Shown piece by piece: positions 52,047 to 63,159 of a DNA stretch of 64,000 bases (within the stretch, counting starts at the first letter, position 1; each line of letters opens with the position of its first letter). The notes below the pieces were generated by a model. That model did no database searches and had not been told where the DNA came from. It saw nothing but the letters and a program-made list of their open reading frames with translations. The position numbers were made by a program, and so were the translations under genes. Source of the DNA: Candidatus Nanopelagicales bacterium (GTDB taxonomy: Bacteria > Actinomycetota > Actinomycetes > S36-B12); contig JAGYJJ010000004.1 of assembly GCA_018402235.1 (NCBI GenBank), positions 201,256-265,255 of the forward strand. Direction: 5' to 3'.

Positions 52047-53317
52047 TGAGTTTCCTCCACGATGGATCGACGGATCTCGTCCACCACCATTTGTCGGGAT
52101 ATTGACTGCTGAGTTCCCTGCTGCATGTCTTTCACCTGCACTACCTGTGCAGCGACCTCATCGTCGCCGATGATCACTACCAGAGGAGCTCCGCTCTTGT
52201 CTGCGGCCTTCATCGAACCTTTGAGCCCACGTTCGCCATAGGCCATATCCACTCGCACACCGGCAGCACGCAACTCAGCGAGCAGCCCTACTGACACATG
52301 TCGGGCGAGATTGCCGATCGGAACGACGAACACATCCAATCGCGGCCTGGATGCCACATCCAAGCCTTCGGCCTCACAGGCCAAGAGTGTTCGGTCTGTG
52401 CCTAGGCCGAATCCGATACCAGACAAAGAGCCGCCGCCCACGGACTCCATCAGGCCGTCGTAACGACCGCCGCCACCGATTCCCGATTGGGCGCCGAGCA
52501 GTTCGTGGGTGAACTCAAAAGTAGTGCGGGTGTAGTAGTCAAGGCCGCGAACCAACCGCGGAGCCTCGGTCCAGCGAACTCCGGCATCGGCTAGGAAGCT
52601 CCGCACGGAGTTGTAATGCTCCCCGCACGCCTCACACAGGTGGTCGACCATGAGCGGCGCACCGACCAGCTGGTCGATCACTTCGGTGCGTTTATCGTCC
52701 AGCACCCGAAGCGGATTCACGTGAGCGCGCGCTCTGGTGGGTTCATCAAGCTCGAGGCCAACCAAGAACGAGGTCAATAAGGCGCGGTAGGCAGGGCGAC
52801 ACTGAGCGCACCCCAGACTCGTGAGATCAAGCCGGTACTTTTGCAACCCAAGCCTGCGGTAACCCTCATCGGCCAGGGCAATCACTTCGGCATCCAAAGC
52901 CGGATCATCACCGCCGACCGCCTCGATGCCCACCTGCTGCAATTGCCGGTACCGCCCATGTTGGGGACGCTCGGCGCGAAAGAACGGCCCGGCGTACCAG
53001 AGTTTGACCGGAAGCGGTCCTTTGTCCAGTCGGTTCTCCACGATCGAGCGCATGACACCCGCCGTGCCTTCAGGTCGCAACGACAGGGACCGATCGCCAC
53101 GGTCAGTGAAGGTGTACATCTCCTTACTCACGACGTCGGTACTCTCCCCCACGCCACGAACGAACAAGGCGGTGTCTTCGAACACCGGAAGTTCGATGTA
53201 TTCGTAGCCGGCATGGCGAGCCGGATAAGCCAGCGCATCCCGGACCGACAAGAACGCACTGGAGCGCGGCGGGTAGTACTCCGGGACTCCCTTCGGAGCT
53301 TGGAATTCCACCATCAC
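52043..53317 (-). CDS. hisS: Histidine--tRNA ligase
   Basis: ORF 52043..53317(-), 424 aa. Contains [12 protein letters not shown]...[11 protein letters not shown]. Confidence 0.95.
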   Translation of the reverse strand: MMVEFQAPKGVPEYYPPRSSAFLSVRDALAYPARHAGYEYIELPVFEDTALFVRGVGESTDVVSKEMYTFTDRGDRSLSLRPEGTAGVMRSIVENRLDKGPLPVKLWYAGPFFRAERPQHGRYRQLQQVGIEAVGGDDPALDAEVIALADEGYRRLGLQKYRLDLTSLGCAQCRPAYRALLTSFLVGLELDEPTRARAHVNPLRVLDDKRTEVIDQLVGAPLMVDHLCEACGEHYNSVRSFLADAGVRWTEAPRLVRGLDYYTRTTFEFTHELLGAQSGIGGGGRYDGLMESVGGGSLSGIGFGLGTDRTLLACEAEGLDVASRPRLDVFVVPIGNLARHVSVGLLAELRAAGVRVDMAYGERGLKGSMKAADKSGAPLVVIIGDDEVAAQVVQVKDMQQGTQQSISRQMVVDEIRRSIVEETQ

Positions 53318-54066
53318 TACATCCCCCGAGAAGGAGGGTTGCTCGATCCTCCGGCAGCAGCAGCCTGGAGGAACGGATTGGCTACCCGCTCGGCGCCAAT
53401 GCTGGTCTGGGGTCCATGTCCAGGTAGGACGAGGACGTCGTCGTCCAGGGGCCAGATAACCGAGCGCAAACTTTCATCCATCGCACTTGAGCTGCCACCC
53501 GGGAGGTCGGTGCGCCCAATCGAGCCTTGAAAGAGCACGTCCCCCGACAGTAAAACATCACTATCGCCGCCCCGCGGCAGCGTGAAAACTACCGACCCTT
53601 CGGTGTGTCCCGGCGCATGTCGCACGCCGAACTCGATGCCGGCAATCTCGACCGTTGCCCCCTCCTGTGGAAGCAGGCGAACATCGGATGGCTCCGTTAA
53701 TTCCAGCGAGTCCTTTGTCATAGCCAACAACTGTTCGCGGGCTGCAACCATCGTGCTGCCAGCCGGATCGACGAGTCGGTACCGATCGGATTCGTGGATG
53801 AAGGCCGGAATCTCGAAATCCCGACTCAGCGGCGCCACGCTCCAGACGTGGTCGACGTGCCCATGGGTGAGGAGCACGGCCGCTGGAAGCAGCCGGTTCT
53901 CGCGCACGATCTCGTGAACGGCGTCGATGCTCTCCTGGCCAGGATCAACGATGATGCACGGCTCACCCGGGCCGGTGGCGACGACGTAGCAGTTGGTCGC
54001 CCAAGAACCAGCGGGAAAGCCCGTGATGAACACCGTTCCTCCTGCAAGGATCCTTGACTGCCCCAT
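53317..54066 (-). CDS. MBL-fold metallo-hydrolase
   Basis: ORF 53317..54213(-). Likely ATG at 54066 ([10 protein letters not shown]). Contains [11 protein letters not shown] and HAPGHTEGS. Confidence 0.8.
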   Translation of the reverse strand: MGQSRILAGGTVFITGFPAGSWATNCYVVATGPGEPCIIVDPGQESIDAVHEIVRENRLLPAAVLLTHGHVDHVWSVAPLSRDFEIPAFIHESDRYRLVDPAGSTMVAAREQLLAMTKDSLELTEPSDVRLLPQEGATVEIAGIEFGVRHAPGHTEGSVVFTLPRGGDSDVLLSGDVLFQGSIGRTDLPGGSSSAMDESLRSVIWPLDDDVLVLPGHGPQTSIGAERVANPFLQAAAAGGSSNPPSRGM

Positions 54067-54176
54067 TCGAATCAGCCTGCTCAGCCTAGCCACGCATCGG
54101 GCTGGCCTTACACTCGTGCGCCGAACCGTGAACTGTCCGATGCAGCACACCGCGCACCACGACCCACAGGAGATCC

Positions 54177-55008
54177 ATGACCTCGTCGAATCGACGTGAG
54201 AGGGAAGTCGCACGAGCCAAGTTCGAGCGGCAACAGGCCCGCCGCGCGGAGCGGGAGGTCACGGCAAGATCCCGCCAGCGCATCGTCGCCATTGTGGTCA
54301 TTGCCGCTTTGGTGATCGCTGGTGGCGGCTGGGCAGTCTTTTCCTTGATAGGTGGCAACGACGATTCATCAACGGCCAGCGCCAATCTCGATCAGGCTGT
54401 GGATGAGCTAGTCGATGAGATTCAAGCCGGCGCTGCTCTCATCGAACAGTGTTCCGAGCCGGTTACCGTACGTCCAGACGATGTTTCGTTTGAAGCCGCA
54501 CCTGATCCGGGATCAGCCAGCGGGGGGACGTTAATCCTCGCTACCAACTGCGGCAACATCGCGATCGAACTCCTCGCCGACGACGCTCCTGCCACTGTCG
54601 CCTCGATCGAATTCCTCGCAGACAGCGGCTTTTACAACGCCACGGCCTGTCATCGCCTCACAAGCTGCTGGAATCTTTGTGGTGCAGTGCGGGGACCCGG
54701 CCGGGAACGGCACGGGGGGTCCCGGCTACCAACTCCCCGACGAGAACCTGCCGGATGAGGGCACAGATAACTATCCCGCAGGCACCGTGGCCATGGCCAA
54801 CGCCGGTCCAGGCACCGCTGGATCACAGTTCTTTCTCGTCTACGAGGACACCACTTTGCCTTCCGGGTACACGGTCTGGGGGCAGATCACCCAGGGTCTG
54901 GATGTGCTCCAGGCGATCGCTGCAGCTGGCACTGCAGATGGCGGAGGGGATGGACTACCGGCTCAACCGTTGGTTATCGAATCTGCAACAGTTGGCGCCA
55001 CCGGCTAA
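54177..55008 (+). pseudogene. ppiB: Membrane-anchored cyclophilin-type peptidyl-prolyl isomerase, interrupted by a +1 frameshift at about 54660-54669 as sequenced
   Basis: ORF 54177..54758 is correct up to ...FYNATACHRLT. ORF 54679..55008 (+1 frame, extendable upstream to AAGIFVVQCGDP) carries GGPGYQLPDEN...GTVAMANAGPGTAGSQFFLVY. Confidence 0.85.
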
Positions 55009-55102
55009 CACAAGACACCAGCACTGACAGACTGTTGGTTCGTTACACGTGAGATTCGTCGCCCGACCAGGGACGACTTGGACCGAACATGGAGGTGAGG
55101 GC

Positions 55103-56443
55103 ATGTCAGACGAAGTAGCCACGCCCTCCTCCGGTCCGGCTATTCCCACCCCGGCCGCACTTCGCCGGCCCGCACCGCAGGCCAGCGGCGCTACCGCAAT
55201 TGCCCCTGCGGTGGCCAGCCCCAGCATGGCGTTCGGTCGCGTCGAGGCCGATGGCACCGTGTATCTACAGACACCCGACGGCGAGGTGAAGGTTGGGCAA
55301 TATGCCGCGGGCACTCCTGAGGAAGGGCTCGCCTTTTTCGCACGCAAGTACGACGACCTCGCTGTGGAGATCGATCTGATCACCCAGCGCCTCGCCGACG
55401 GACGCGCCAAACCCGACCAGGCTGGGGTGGTTATCGAGCGCGTTCGCGCGGGCCTCGCCGAGCGATCCTTCGTTGGCGATGTCCAAGCCCTGCAGCGGAA
55501 AATCGAAGCCGCTCAAACCCAGCAGGAAGCCGCTGCGACACGTCAGGCAGAGCACCGCGAGAAACTCCGTGAACAGGCCAAGGCCGCTAGGGAGGCGCTC
55601 ACCCAGGAGGCTGAATCCCTCGCCGAGTCAACAGCATGGAAAGCGACCAGTGAGCGATTCGCCGCGATGGTCGAGGAATGGAAGGGCCTGTCACGCTCGG
55701 ATCGTTCACTTGAGCAAGAGTTGTGGAAGCGGCTGAGTGCAGCACGGGCCACATTCGATAAGCGCCGCCGGGCGCACTTCGCCGAACTGGACAGCCAGCG
55801 CAAGGAAGCAGTAGGTAAGAAGCGCGAGATCATCTCCCAGGCCGAGCAATTGGCGCAATCCACCGACTGGGGACCCACCACCCGCGCTCTGAAGAAACTT
55901 ATGGACGATTGGAAACGCGCTCCCCGATCCTCGCGTTCGGATGAAGACAAGCTGTGGCGGAAGTTCAAGGCGGCTCAAGACTCCTTCTACGCGGCGATGA
56001 AGGCCGCCGACGCCGCTAAGGACGCAGGACTGGCACCGAACGTCGAGGTGAAAGAAGCCCTCGTTGTGAAGGCGGAAGCGTTGTTGCCGCTGTCCCGCGA
56101 TGTTGAGCTCACGACCATCAAGCGTCAGTTACGTGCCGTCCAAGAGCAGTGGGACAAAGCAGGTGACCTCCCGCGCTCCGATCGAACACGTCTCGAGGCC
56201 CGCTTGAAGAAGGTCGAAGAGGCAGTTCGTAAGGCGGAATCAACCGCGTGGGATCGAAACAATCCAGACAAGCGTGCGCGAGCGGAATCAACTGCCAACG
56301 CCTTCACAGACGCCCTAGCGCGCCAAGAAGCCGACCTTGCCGCGGCCCAGGCCCGCGGCGACGATCGAACGGTTCGCACATTGACGGAATCCATCGAGAG
56401 CACTCGCGCCCTGCTTGAAGCCGCACAGCGCATCGCTCGCTAG
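55103..56443 (+). CDS. DUF349 domain-containing protein
   Basis: ORF 55049..56443. ATG at 55103 after GGAGGTGAGGG. Repeated helical W-x-K/R...RF modules (WKATSERFAAMVEEWK, WKRLSAARATFDKRR, WRKFKAAQDSFY). Confidence 0.75.
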   Translation: MSDEVATPSSGPAIPTPAALRRPAPQASGATAIAPAVASPSMAFGRVEADGTVYLQTPDGEVKVGQYAAGTPEEGLAFFARKYDDLAVEIDLITQRLADGRAKPDQAGVVIERVRAGLAERSFVGDVQALQRKIEAAQTQQEAAATRQAEHREKLREQAKAAREALTQEAESLAESTAWKATSERFAAMVEEWKGLSRSDRSLEQELWKRLSAARATFDKRRRAHFAELDSQRKEAVGKKREIISQAEQLAQSTDWGPTTRALKKLMDDWKRAPRSSRSDEDKLWRKFKAAQDSFYAAMKAADAAKDAGLAPNVEVKEALVVKAEALLPLSRDVELTTIKRQLRAVQEQWDKAGDLPRSDRTRLEARLKKVEEAVRKAESTAWDRNNPDKRARAESTANAFTDALARQEADLAAAQARGDDRTVRTLTESIESTRALLEAAQRIAR

Positions 56444-56448
56444 TAGTT

Positions 56449-58722
56449 CTAGACGCGATACGCGTCGTACACCCCTTCAACTGTCCGTACTGCCTTGAGG
56501 ACAGAACCCAAGTGCTTCGGGTCCGCCATCTCGAAGGTGAATCGCGACGTTGCCACCCGATCTCGGGTGGTGGCAACGGATGCACTCAAGATGTTGACGT
56601 GGGTGTCCGAAAGCACCCGGGTCACATCCGCGAGGAGTCGGGATCGGTCCAGCGCCTCGACTTGGATATTTACCAAGAACACACTCGATGGCGTAGGAGC
56701 CCATTCCACGGGTACTTCACGCTCGGGCTGTTCGCGAAGGTTGGGAGCGTTAACACAGTCTTCGCGATGAACAGACACACCTGAACCCCTGGTCACAAAT
56801 CCCATGATCGGATCACCAGGAACGGGTGTGCAGCAACGAGCCAATTTCACCCAGAGATCGTCTGCGCCCTTAACGACCACACCTACGTCGTGCGAGGTGG
56901 AGGCGCGACGGCCAGGAGTGGGTGTGATGGTTTCAGCTGCATCGTCAGCCGCGCCGTCTACGCCTCCAGCAGCATCGACCAAACGCTGGACGATGGTTGC
57001 AGCGGAGATGCGCCCCTCCCCCACGGATGCGTACAGGGCGGTGACGTCGATCTGATTCATGTCAGCAGCAATTGTTGACAGCGCCTGGTTGGTCATCATC
57101 CGTTGCAGAGGAAGACCCTTCTTGCGCATGGCCCGTGCAATTTGATCCTTACCACTATCGATAGCTTCATCGCGGCGCTCCTTGGAGAACCAGGCCTTGA
57201 TCTTGGTCTTAGCCCGCGCCGAAGCTGCGAAACTCAACCAATCCCGACTCGGTCCGGCCCCATCCGCTTTGGACGTGAAAATCTCAACAACGTCCCCGCT
57301 GGCGAGTTGCGACTCCAGCGGAACGAGCTTTCCGTTCACCCGCGCACCCACGCACCGATGACCCACTTCGGTGTGGACGGAGTAGGCAAAATCGACCGGC
57401 GTAGCCCCTGATGGCAAGGCCATCACATCACCCTTCGGGGTGAAGACGTAGACCTCAGCTGATCCGAGGTCGTAGCGCAGAGAATCCAGAAATTCGCTGG
57501 GGTCCGCTGTTTCGCGTTGCCACTCAAGGAGTTGTCGCAACCACGCGAAGTCGTCTGCGCCGGACTTTCCAGAGTCCGATTGCTTGTACTTCCAGTGTGC
57601 GGCAACCCCGAGCTCAGCAGACTGATGCATCTCGTTGGTGCGGATCTGCACCTCTACGACTTTGCCGTCGGGTCCGATCACGGTTGTGTGAAGGGACTGG
57701 TACATATTGAACTTCGGCATTGCTATGAAATCCTTGAAGCGCCCGGGCACCGGGCTCCATTCGGCATGAATGGTGCCAAGCACGGCGTAGCAGTCGCGAA
57801 CACTTTCCACCAGTATGCGAACGCCCACAAGGTCGTAAATGTCGTTGAAGTCCCGGCCGCGCACGATCATCTTCTGGTAGACGGAGTAGTAATGCTTCGG
57901 CCGGCCGGTCACGCTCGCCTTGATGCGACTTGCCTTGAGCTGACCATCGATATCGGAAATTACCTGGGTGAGGTACTTCTCTCGTGACGGCGCACGTTCC
58001 CCTACGAGTCGGACGATCTCCTCATACATCTTCGGATACATCGTGGCAAAGGACAGATCCTCAAGTTCCCACTTGATAGTGTTCATACCCAATCGGTGCG
58101 CAAGGGGTGCGTAGATCTCCAAGGTTTCCTTGGCCTTCTTCTGCTGCTTCTCCTCCGGCAGCCACTGCAAAGTACGCATGTTGTGTAGCCGGTCCACTAG
58201 TTTGATGACTAGGACTCGGATGTCCCGGGCCATCGCGACAACCATTTTGCGAACTGTCTCGGCGGCGGATGCTTCTCCGTATGTGACTTTGTCGAGTTTG
58301 GTAACACCGTCGACCAGTAGCGCTACCTCATCGCCAAAGTCCTCGCGGAGTGCATCGAGGGAGTATCCGCAGTCCTCGACGGTGTCGTGCAACAAAGCGG
58401 CAGCCAAGGTGGGGGCGGGCATACCCAGATCGGCCAAAATCGCGGTGATAGCCAAGGGGTGGGTTATGTACGGCTCACCCGAGTGCCGATTTTGATCACG
58501 GTGCAGGTACGCCGCCATCTCGTAGGCGCGCGCCACTAAGCGGGCATCACCCTTGGGGTGATACCGCCGAAGATCGCGTAGTACCGGCTCCAGTTCGGGA
58601 TGGTTCGAGCGGGGGCCGGAAAGACGAGCAAAGCGCTGGCGGAACCCACCAACCTCATTCGAGCGATCCGTCCCCGGTCGACCAGGCTCGGTGGCAACAG
58701 GCATGTTCTTAGCCATTTCCAC
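56449..58722 (-). CDS. relA: Bifunctional (p)ppGpp synthetase/hydrolase Rel
   Basis: ORF 56449..58722(-), 757 aa. HD domain ([12 protein letters not shown]...LLHDTVED), synthetase (YQSLHTTV), TGS and ACT-like C-terminus. Confidence 0.95.
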   Translation of the reverse strand: MEMAKNMPVATEPGRPGTDRSNEVGGFRQRFARLSGPRSNHPELEPVLRDLRRYHPKGDARLVARAYEMAAYLHRDQNRHSGEPYITHPLAITAILADLGMPAPTLAAALLHDTVEDCGYSLDALREDFGDEVALLVDGVTKLDKVTYGEASAAETVRKMVVAMARDIRVLVIKLVDRLHNMRTLQWLPEEKQQKKAKETLEIYAPLAHRLGMNTIKWELEDLSFATMYPKMYEEIVRLVGERAPSREKYLTQVISDIDGQLKASRIKASVTGRPKHYYSVYQKMIVRGRDFNDIYDLVGVRILVESVRDCYAVLGTIHAEWSPVPGRFKDFIAMPKFNMYQSLHTTVIGPDGKVVEVQIRTNEMHQSAELGVAAHWKYKQSDSGKSGADDFAWLRQLLEWQRETADPSEFLDSLRYDLGSAEVYVFTPKGDVMALPSGATPVDFAYSVHTEVGHRCVGARVNGKLVPLESQLASGDVVEIFTSKADGAGPSRDWLSFAASARAKTKIKAWFSKERRDEAIDSGKDQIARAMRKKGLPLQRMMTNQALSTIAADMNQIDVTALYASVGEGRISAATIVQRLVDAAGGVDGAADDAAETITPTPGRRASTSHDVGVVVKGADDLWVKLARCCTPVPGDPIMGFVTRGSGVSVHREDCVNAPNLREQPEREVPVEWAPTPSSVFLVNIQVEALDRSRLLADVTRVLSDTHVNILSASVATTRDRVATSRFTFEMADPKHLGSVLKAVRTVEGVYDAYRV

Positions 58723-58751
58723 CTCCTCGTCAAGGACCAGTGTACGTCCGA

Positions 58752-59919
58752 CTACCGACGCTTACGCCGTGGTTGGCGCTTGGGTTGAACGCGATCGGAG
58801 CTCTGCGTGCGCGCAAATTCCCGTAGCTGCTCCGGGGATGCCGCACCCGATACAGCCGTGCTCGATACAGCCGCACCTGATACAGCAGGCCCGTCGTCCG
58901 GCGCGTTCCCTTCAGGACCATCACCAACAGCGGATCCCTTGCGCGCGGGGGATGCCTTTGCCGCTTGCTTGCGCCGGGCTTGCACTCGAGCCGCCAAGGC
59001 TTTCATTTCTGGCTGACGATCCTTCAGGAGTACGAGAACAGGAGTCGCGATGAACAAGGACGAGAAAGTGCCCACCGCCATACCAATGGCCAAGGCCACC
59101 GCTAGATCGAGCAGGGTCCCCGCGCCCAAGAGTCCGGCGCCCACGATGATGATCGCCAAAACCGGCAACAACGATGTGATCGAGGTATTTAATCGAGCGG
59201 ACTACCGTCTGGTTCACCGCAAGGTTCGCAGCTTCGCTGTAAGTCATGATCGACTGCCCAGCGATGCCTCGGGTGTTCTCCTTGACCTTGTCGTAGACCA
59301 CCACAGTGTCGTAGAGCGAGTAGGCGAGGATCGTGAGCACACCGATGGCAGTGGCGGGGGTGACCTGCAACCCGAACGCTGCATAGATCCCGATAGTGAT
59401 AACCAAGTCGTGGATCAACGCCACTAATGCGCCCACTGCCATGCGCCACTCGAAGTAGATCGACAAGAAGATCGTCACGAGAACCAAGAAAATCGCCAGG
59501 CCCTGTAGAGCGGCCGTGGAGATCTGGGCCCCCCACGTAGGTCCCACCACCTGCACGGTGATGTCAGTCCCCAAGACCCCGCAGGTGTCGCCCAGAACAT
59601 TCGACAGCGCTATCGACTCCGGACTCGTCAACGGCTCCGTTTGCACCCGCATAGTTCCCGAGCCAGCCACCGTCACGATTGTTTGACCGCCAGTTTCGAT
59701 CTCCGCCACCTCTCGCGCTTCTGCCACTGAGCAGGTTGCATTCGGGATCGCGAAATCGGCACCGCCTTTGAACTCGATTCCTAAGTTGAGGCCACGGATC
59801 AGTAGGGCAGCGATTGCGACCACCAGCAAGACCGCCGAAAACGCGAACCACCTCTTCCACCGGCTCACAAAATCGTAGGAAACTTCACCGCGATAGAGGC
59901 GTTGACCGAAGTTACTCAT
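58752..59919 (-). pseudogene. secF: Protein translocase subunit SecF, interrupted by a +1 frameshift at about 59186-59195 as sequenced
   Basis: ORF 58921..59919(-) is correct up to ...AVNQTVVRSI. ORF 58752..59171(-) continues with NTSITSLLPVLAIIIVGAGLLG...FSSLFIATP. The sequence reads ATT AAA TAC where ATT AAT ACC is expected. Confidence 0.9.
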
Positions 59920-61646
59920 GAGCGAACCTCCGCATTCTCAGCGTCGGTGTTGATGTCTTCGAGGGACGCGTCTTTGTCCTCTTTTCGCTCACGGTAGTCA
60001 TCACGGCGCTTCCGAGCTGAGCGACCAGCAAGCGAGTCAATTGCGCTGTGGCCACCAATACGGTCCGGATCCAAACCGGTAAGTTTGGAACCACTTTGCA
60101 TGAGTTTGGTTCGACCGAGCAAAACCACAATCGGATGCGTGAACCAGAACGCCATAACAAGGTCAATAGCCGTGGTCAAGCCCAAGATGAATGCGAAGCC
60201 ACGAACGCTACCCACCGATAGGAAGTACAACACCACAGCCGCGAGCAGCGTTACGAAGTCAGCCGCAAGTAATGTTCGCCGTGCCCGAATCCAACCGCTG
60301 TCGCAGGCCTGGCGAAGTGTTCGTCCATCGCGGAGCTCATCGCGCATGCGTTCGAAGTAGACAATGAAAGAGTCGGCCGTGATGCCCACGGCCACGATCG
60401 CACCCGCCACTCCAGCCAGAGTCAAAGTCAAACCGATCGTCTTAGAGAAGATCACCACGGCTAGGTACAAGATCAGACCCGCCACGGCCAGCGACAACAC
60501 AGCCACCAGGCCGAGGAGTCGGTAGTAGAGAACCAAGTACACGCTGACAAGACTCAACCCGATGAGCGCCGCGATGATGCCGGCCCTTAGTTGGTCTCCC
60601 CCAACGGTTGCCGATACGGAGGTGACGTCCACTACCTCCAAGGTGACCGGCAGTGCGCCGTACTTCAAGACATTCGCCAGATCGCGAGCCTCTTGAGCGT
60701 TGAAGTCACCCTCGATCTGAGCCTGACCTCCGAGGATCGGTTCGTTGAATCGAGGAGCGGACACAACCACGCCATCCAAGACGATTGCAAAAGCATTACA
60801 CGGAGTTGCACCTGAGCCACACTCTGGCAGCGCACTCAACTCGGTGGAGGCATCGGCCAGTGCGCCTGCACCCTCGGAGTCGAACTCCAAACTAACGACC
60901 CACCCGATGCCCTGCTGGGTCAACTGAGCGTTGGCATCGGTCACATTCACACCTTGGATGAAGGCCGGTTCCATCACATACTTCTGGGCCCCACTTTGGT
61001 CGCAGGCGCCGAGCCACTGCTCGGGATTATCGGGCGTGCCGCCGGCCAAGTTCACCGGATCCAGGCAATTCAGCGCATCGACCTCGGCCTGGAACTCGGG
61101 CGTGTAGTCCGGCGCTTGCACGATCTCTGCGCTCCGGGCACCTCCTTCATCGGACGCGTCTTGGTCAGCTGCGTCTTGGCCAGCTGCGTCTTGGTCAGCC
61201 GACTCACCCGCTGCATCGGTGCCGGCTTCGTCCGCGGCAGCATCGGCCGGGAACGGACTCAGCACGTTCCACACTGGACGGAAGTTGAGTAGTGCGGTCC
61301 GTTGAACGAGCTCCACGACCCGCTCTTGCCCAACTCCCGGTACCGACACGACGATTGCCGTTGAGTCGCCAGAACCCTGCGTTGTCACTTCAGCTTCGGC
61401 AACACCTAGCCCGTCCACTCGAGCGCGGATGATCTCTACGGACTGCGCGAGTTGTTCCTCGGTGATCTCGGTGCCCTCCACCACAGGCTGGGGAACCATG
61501 ATCACCTGTGTGCCACCCTGCAGATCCAAGCCCAAACGCACAGACGAGTCTGTTCCCGGCCAAAAAGCCCACACTGCGCTGCCTATCAGCAGCACTGCCA
61601 GAGCGATCAAAGATCGCGCTGGTTTGGAAGTTGCGGGTGTTGCCAC
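59916..61646 (-). CDS. secD: Protein translocase subunit SecD
   Basis: ORF 59916..61646(-), 576 aa. Contains LGLDLQGG and a C-terminal TM bundle. ATGA-type overlap with secF. Confidence 0.9.
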   Translation of the reverse strand: MATPATSKPARSLIALAVLLIGSAVWAFWPGTDSSVRLGLDLQGGTQVIMVPQPVVEGTEITEEQLAQSVEIIRARVDGLGVAEAEVTTQGSGDSTAIVVSVPGVGQERVVELVQRTALLNFRPVWNVLSPFPADAAADEAGTDAAGESADQDAAGQDAADQDASDEGGARSAEIVQAPDYTPEFQAEVDALNCLDPVNLAGGTPDNPEQWLGACDQSGAQKYVMEPAFIQGVNVTDANAQLTQQGIGWVVSLEFDSEGAGALADASTELSALPECGSGATPCNAFAIVLDGVVVSAPRFNEPILGGQAQIEGDFNAQEARDLANVLKYGALPVTLEVVDVTSVSATVGGDQLRAGIIAALIGLSLVSVYLVLYYRLLGLVAVLSLAVAGLILYLAVVIFSKTIGLTLTLAGVAGAIVAVGITADSFIVYFERMRDELRDGRTLRQACDSGWIRARRTLLAADFVTLLAAVVLYFLSVGSVRGFAFILGLTTAIDLVMAFWFTHPIVVLLGRTKLMQSGSKLTGLDPDRIGGHSAIDSLAGRSARKRRDDYRERKEDKDASLEDINTDAENAEVRS

Positions 61647-61688
61647 GGTTCTCCTTCTAGACGAGCAGGCGGTGCCGGAACGGCTGGA

Positions 61689-61997
61689 TCAAGCTGTTTC
61701 AGAACCCGGCTCAGGCGGAGCATCCATGTTCGATCCCGGCGCGGGCTCGATAACCCGCGCTACCGCTGCGGGGACCATCCGGACAAAGACACCCGGGGAG
61801 ATTTCCACGCTGATCTCATCGTCGGCCACCACGGCAATGGTGCCCATCATCCCGGCTGTGGTCATGATCTGTGCTCCCGGAGCAAGGGCCGCAACCATCT
61901 GGGTCTGCTGACGTTGGCGCATCTTTTGGGGGCGAATGAGCAGGAAATAGAAAGCCACTACCAGTAGCAAGATGGGTGCGAAGGCCACCAGGTCCAC
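61689..61997 (-). CDS. yajC: Preprotein translocase subunit YajC
   Basis: ORF 61689..61997(-), 102 aa. Contains ILLLVVAFYFLLIRPQKMRQRQ. Confidence 0.85.
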   Translation of the reverse strand: MDLVAFAPILLLVVAFYFLLIRPQKMRQRQQTQMVAALAPGAQIMTTAGMMGTIAVVADDEISVEISPGVFVRMVPAAVARVIEPAPGSNMDAPPEPGSETA

Positions 61998-62118
61998 GAA
62001 TCACTCCTGAATCTCGTTCGTCTACTCGTGCCGGGCTGCACACGCGCGCCGGATATTCCGGTGGAGATGAGGGTACCTAGGGCCCGGGCAGCCCACGACG
62101 GACCCCTCACAGGGGTAC

Positions 62119-63159
62119 CTAGTCGGGCGTGTCCGACGCCCACGGCAAAACGCCCTGACCCGGGGCATCCGCCGGAGCCGTGCGCCCAATGTGCTGCCAG
62201 CCTGCTGCTGTTGCGATGCGGCCCCGCGGCGTGCGCATAAGAAGCCCCAGACGAACCAAGAACGGTTCGGCAACGGTTTCAATTGTTTCGGGCTCCTCGC
62301 CCACAGCTACGGCCAGGGTGCTCAAGCCCACCGGGCCACCTCCGAATCGATCCACGATCGCCTCCAGGACCGCCCGGTCAATCCGGTCAAGTCCCACCGC
62401 GTCTACCTCATACAACTCAAGCGCTGCGGTAGCCGCGTTGAGGTCGACAACACCTGAACCGTGCACCTGCGCCCAGTCACGTACCCGCCGAAGCAATCGA
62501 TTCGCGATGCGCGGAGTGCCACGGCATCGCCCGGCGATTTCCACACCTCCGTCGTCGGTGATCGTCACACCAAGCAGACCCGCACTCCGGCGGATGATGC
62601 GCTCAAGATCCGCGGACTCATAGAAGTCCAGGTGAGCTGTGAATCCGAATCTGTCGCGCAGGGGACCAGGTAACAATCCAGCGCGCGTGGTGGCGCCCAC
62701 CAAAGTAAACGGCGAGATGTCCAGGGGAATCGCCGTAGCCCCGGGACCCTTGCCCACCACCACATCGACCCGGAAGTCCTCCATGGCGACGTAGAGCATT
62801 TCTTGCGCTGCCCGAGCTGTTCGGTGCACCTCATCGATGAAAAGCACTTCACCTGGCTGCAGACTCGACAACACCGCGGCCACATCCCCGGCATGCTGCA
62901 GGGCAGGACCAGAGGTCATTCGGATGGGAGCCGCGAGTTCGCTTGCGATGATGGCGGCCAGGGTGGTTTTGCCTAATCCCGGTGGACCGCTCATCAATAC
63001 GTGATCGGACACCCCTTCGCGCCGACGCGCTGCCTCGAGCACCAACCCCAGCTGGCTCTTGACGCGATCTTGACCAACGAACTCGGCAAGTGTTGTGGGC
63101 CGCAAGGCTCCATCGACGACAAGGTCGTCGTCGTCTGCGCCTGGATCCAGGACACTCAC
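62119..63159 (-). CDS. ruvB: Holliday junction branch migration DNA helicase RuvB
   Basis: ORF 62119..63159(-), 346 aa. Contains [14 protein letters not shown]...FIDEVHR...GATTRAG. Confidence 0.95.
   Translation of the reverse strand: MSVLDPGADDDDLVVDGALRPTTLAEFVGQDRVKSQLGLVLEAARRREGVSDHVLMSGPPGLGKTTLAAIIASELAAPIRMTSGPALQHAGDVAAVLSSLQPGEVLFIDEVHRTARAAQEMLYVAMEDFRVDVVVGKGPGATAIPLDISPFTLVGATTRAGLLPGPLRDRFGFTAHLDFYESADLERIIRRSAGLLGVTITDDGGVEIAGRCRGTPRIANRLLRRVRDWAQVHGSGVVDLNAATAALELYEVDAVGLDRIDRAVLEAIVDRFGGGPVGLSTLAVAVGEEPETIETVAEPFLVRLGLLMRTPRGRIATAAGWQHIGRTAPADAPGQGVLPWASDTPD

Noticed and set aside
62049-62116. Small hairpins and a duplicated GGGTACCTAG motif between ruvB and yajC as a regulatory element
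   Set aside because: The stems are only 5-6 bp with 3-nt loops (CCGGA-TAT-TCCGG, ACCCCT-CAC-AGGGGT) and have no U-tract. They are compatible with a weak terminator but not distinctive enough to call.
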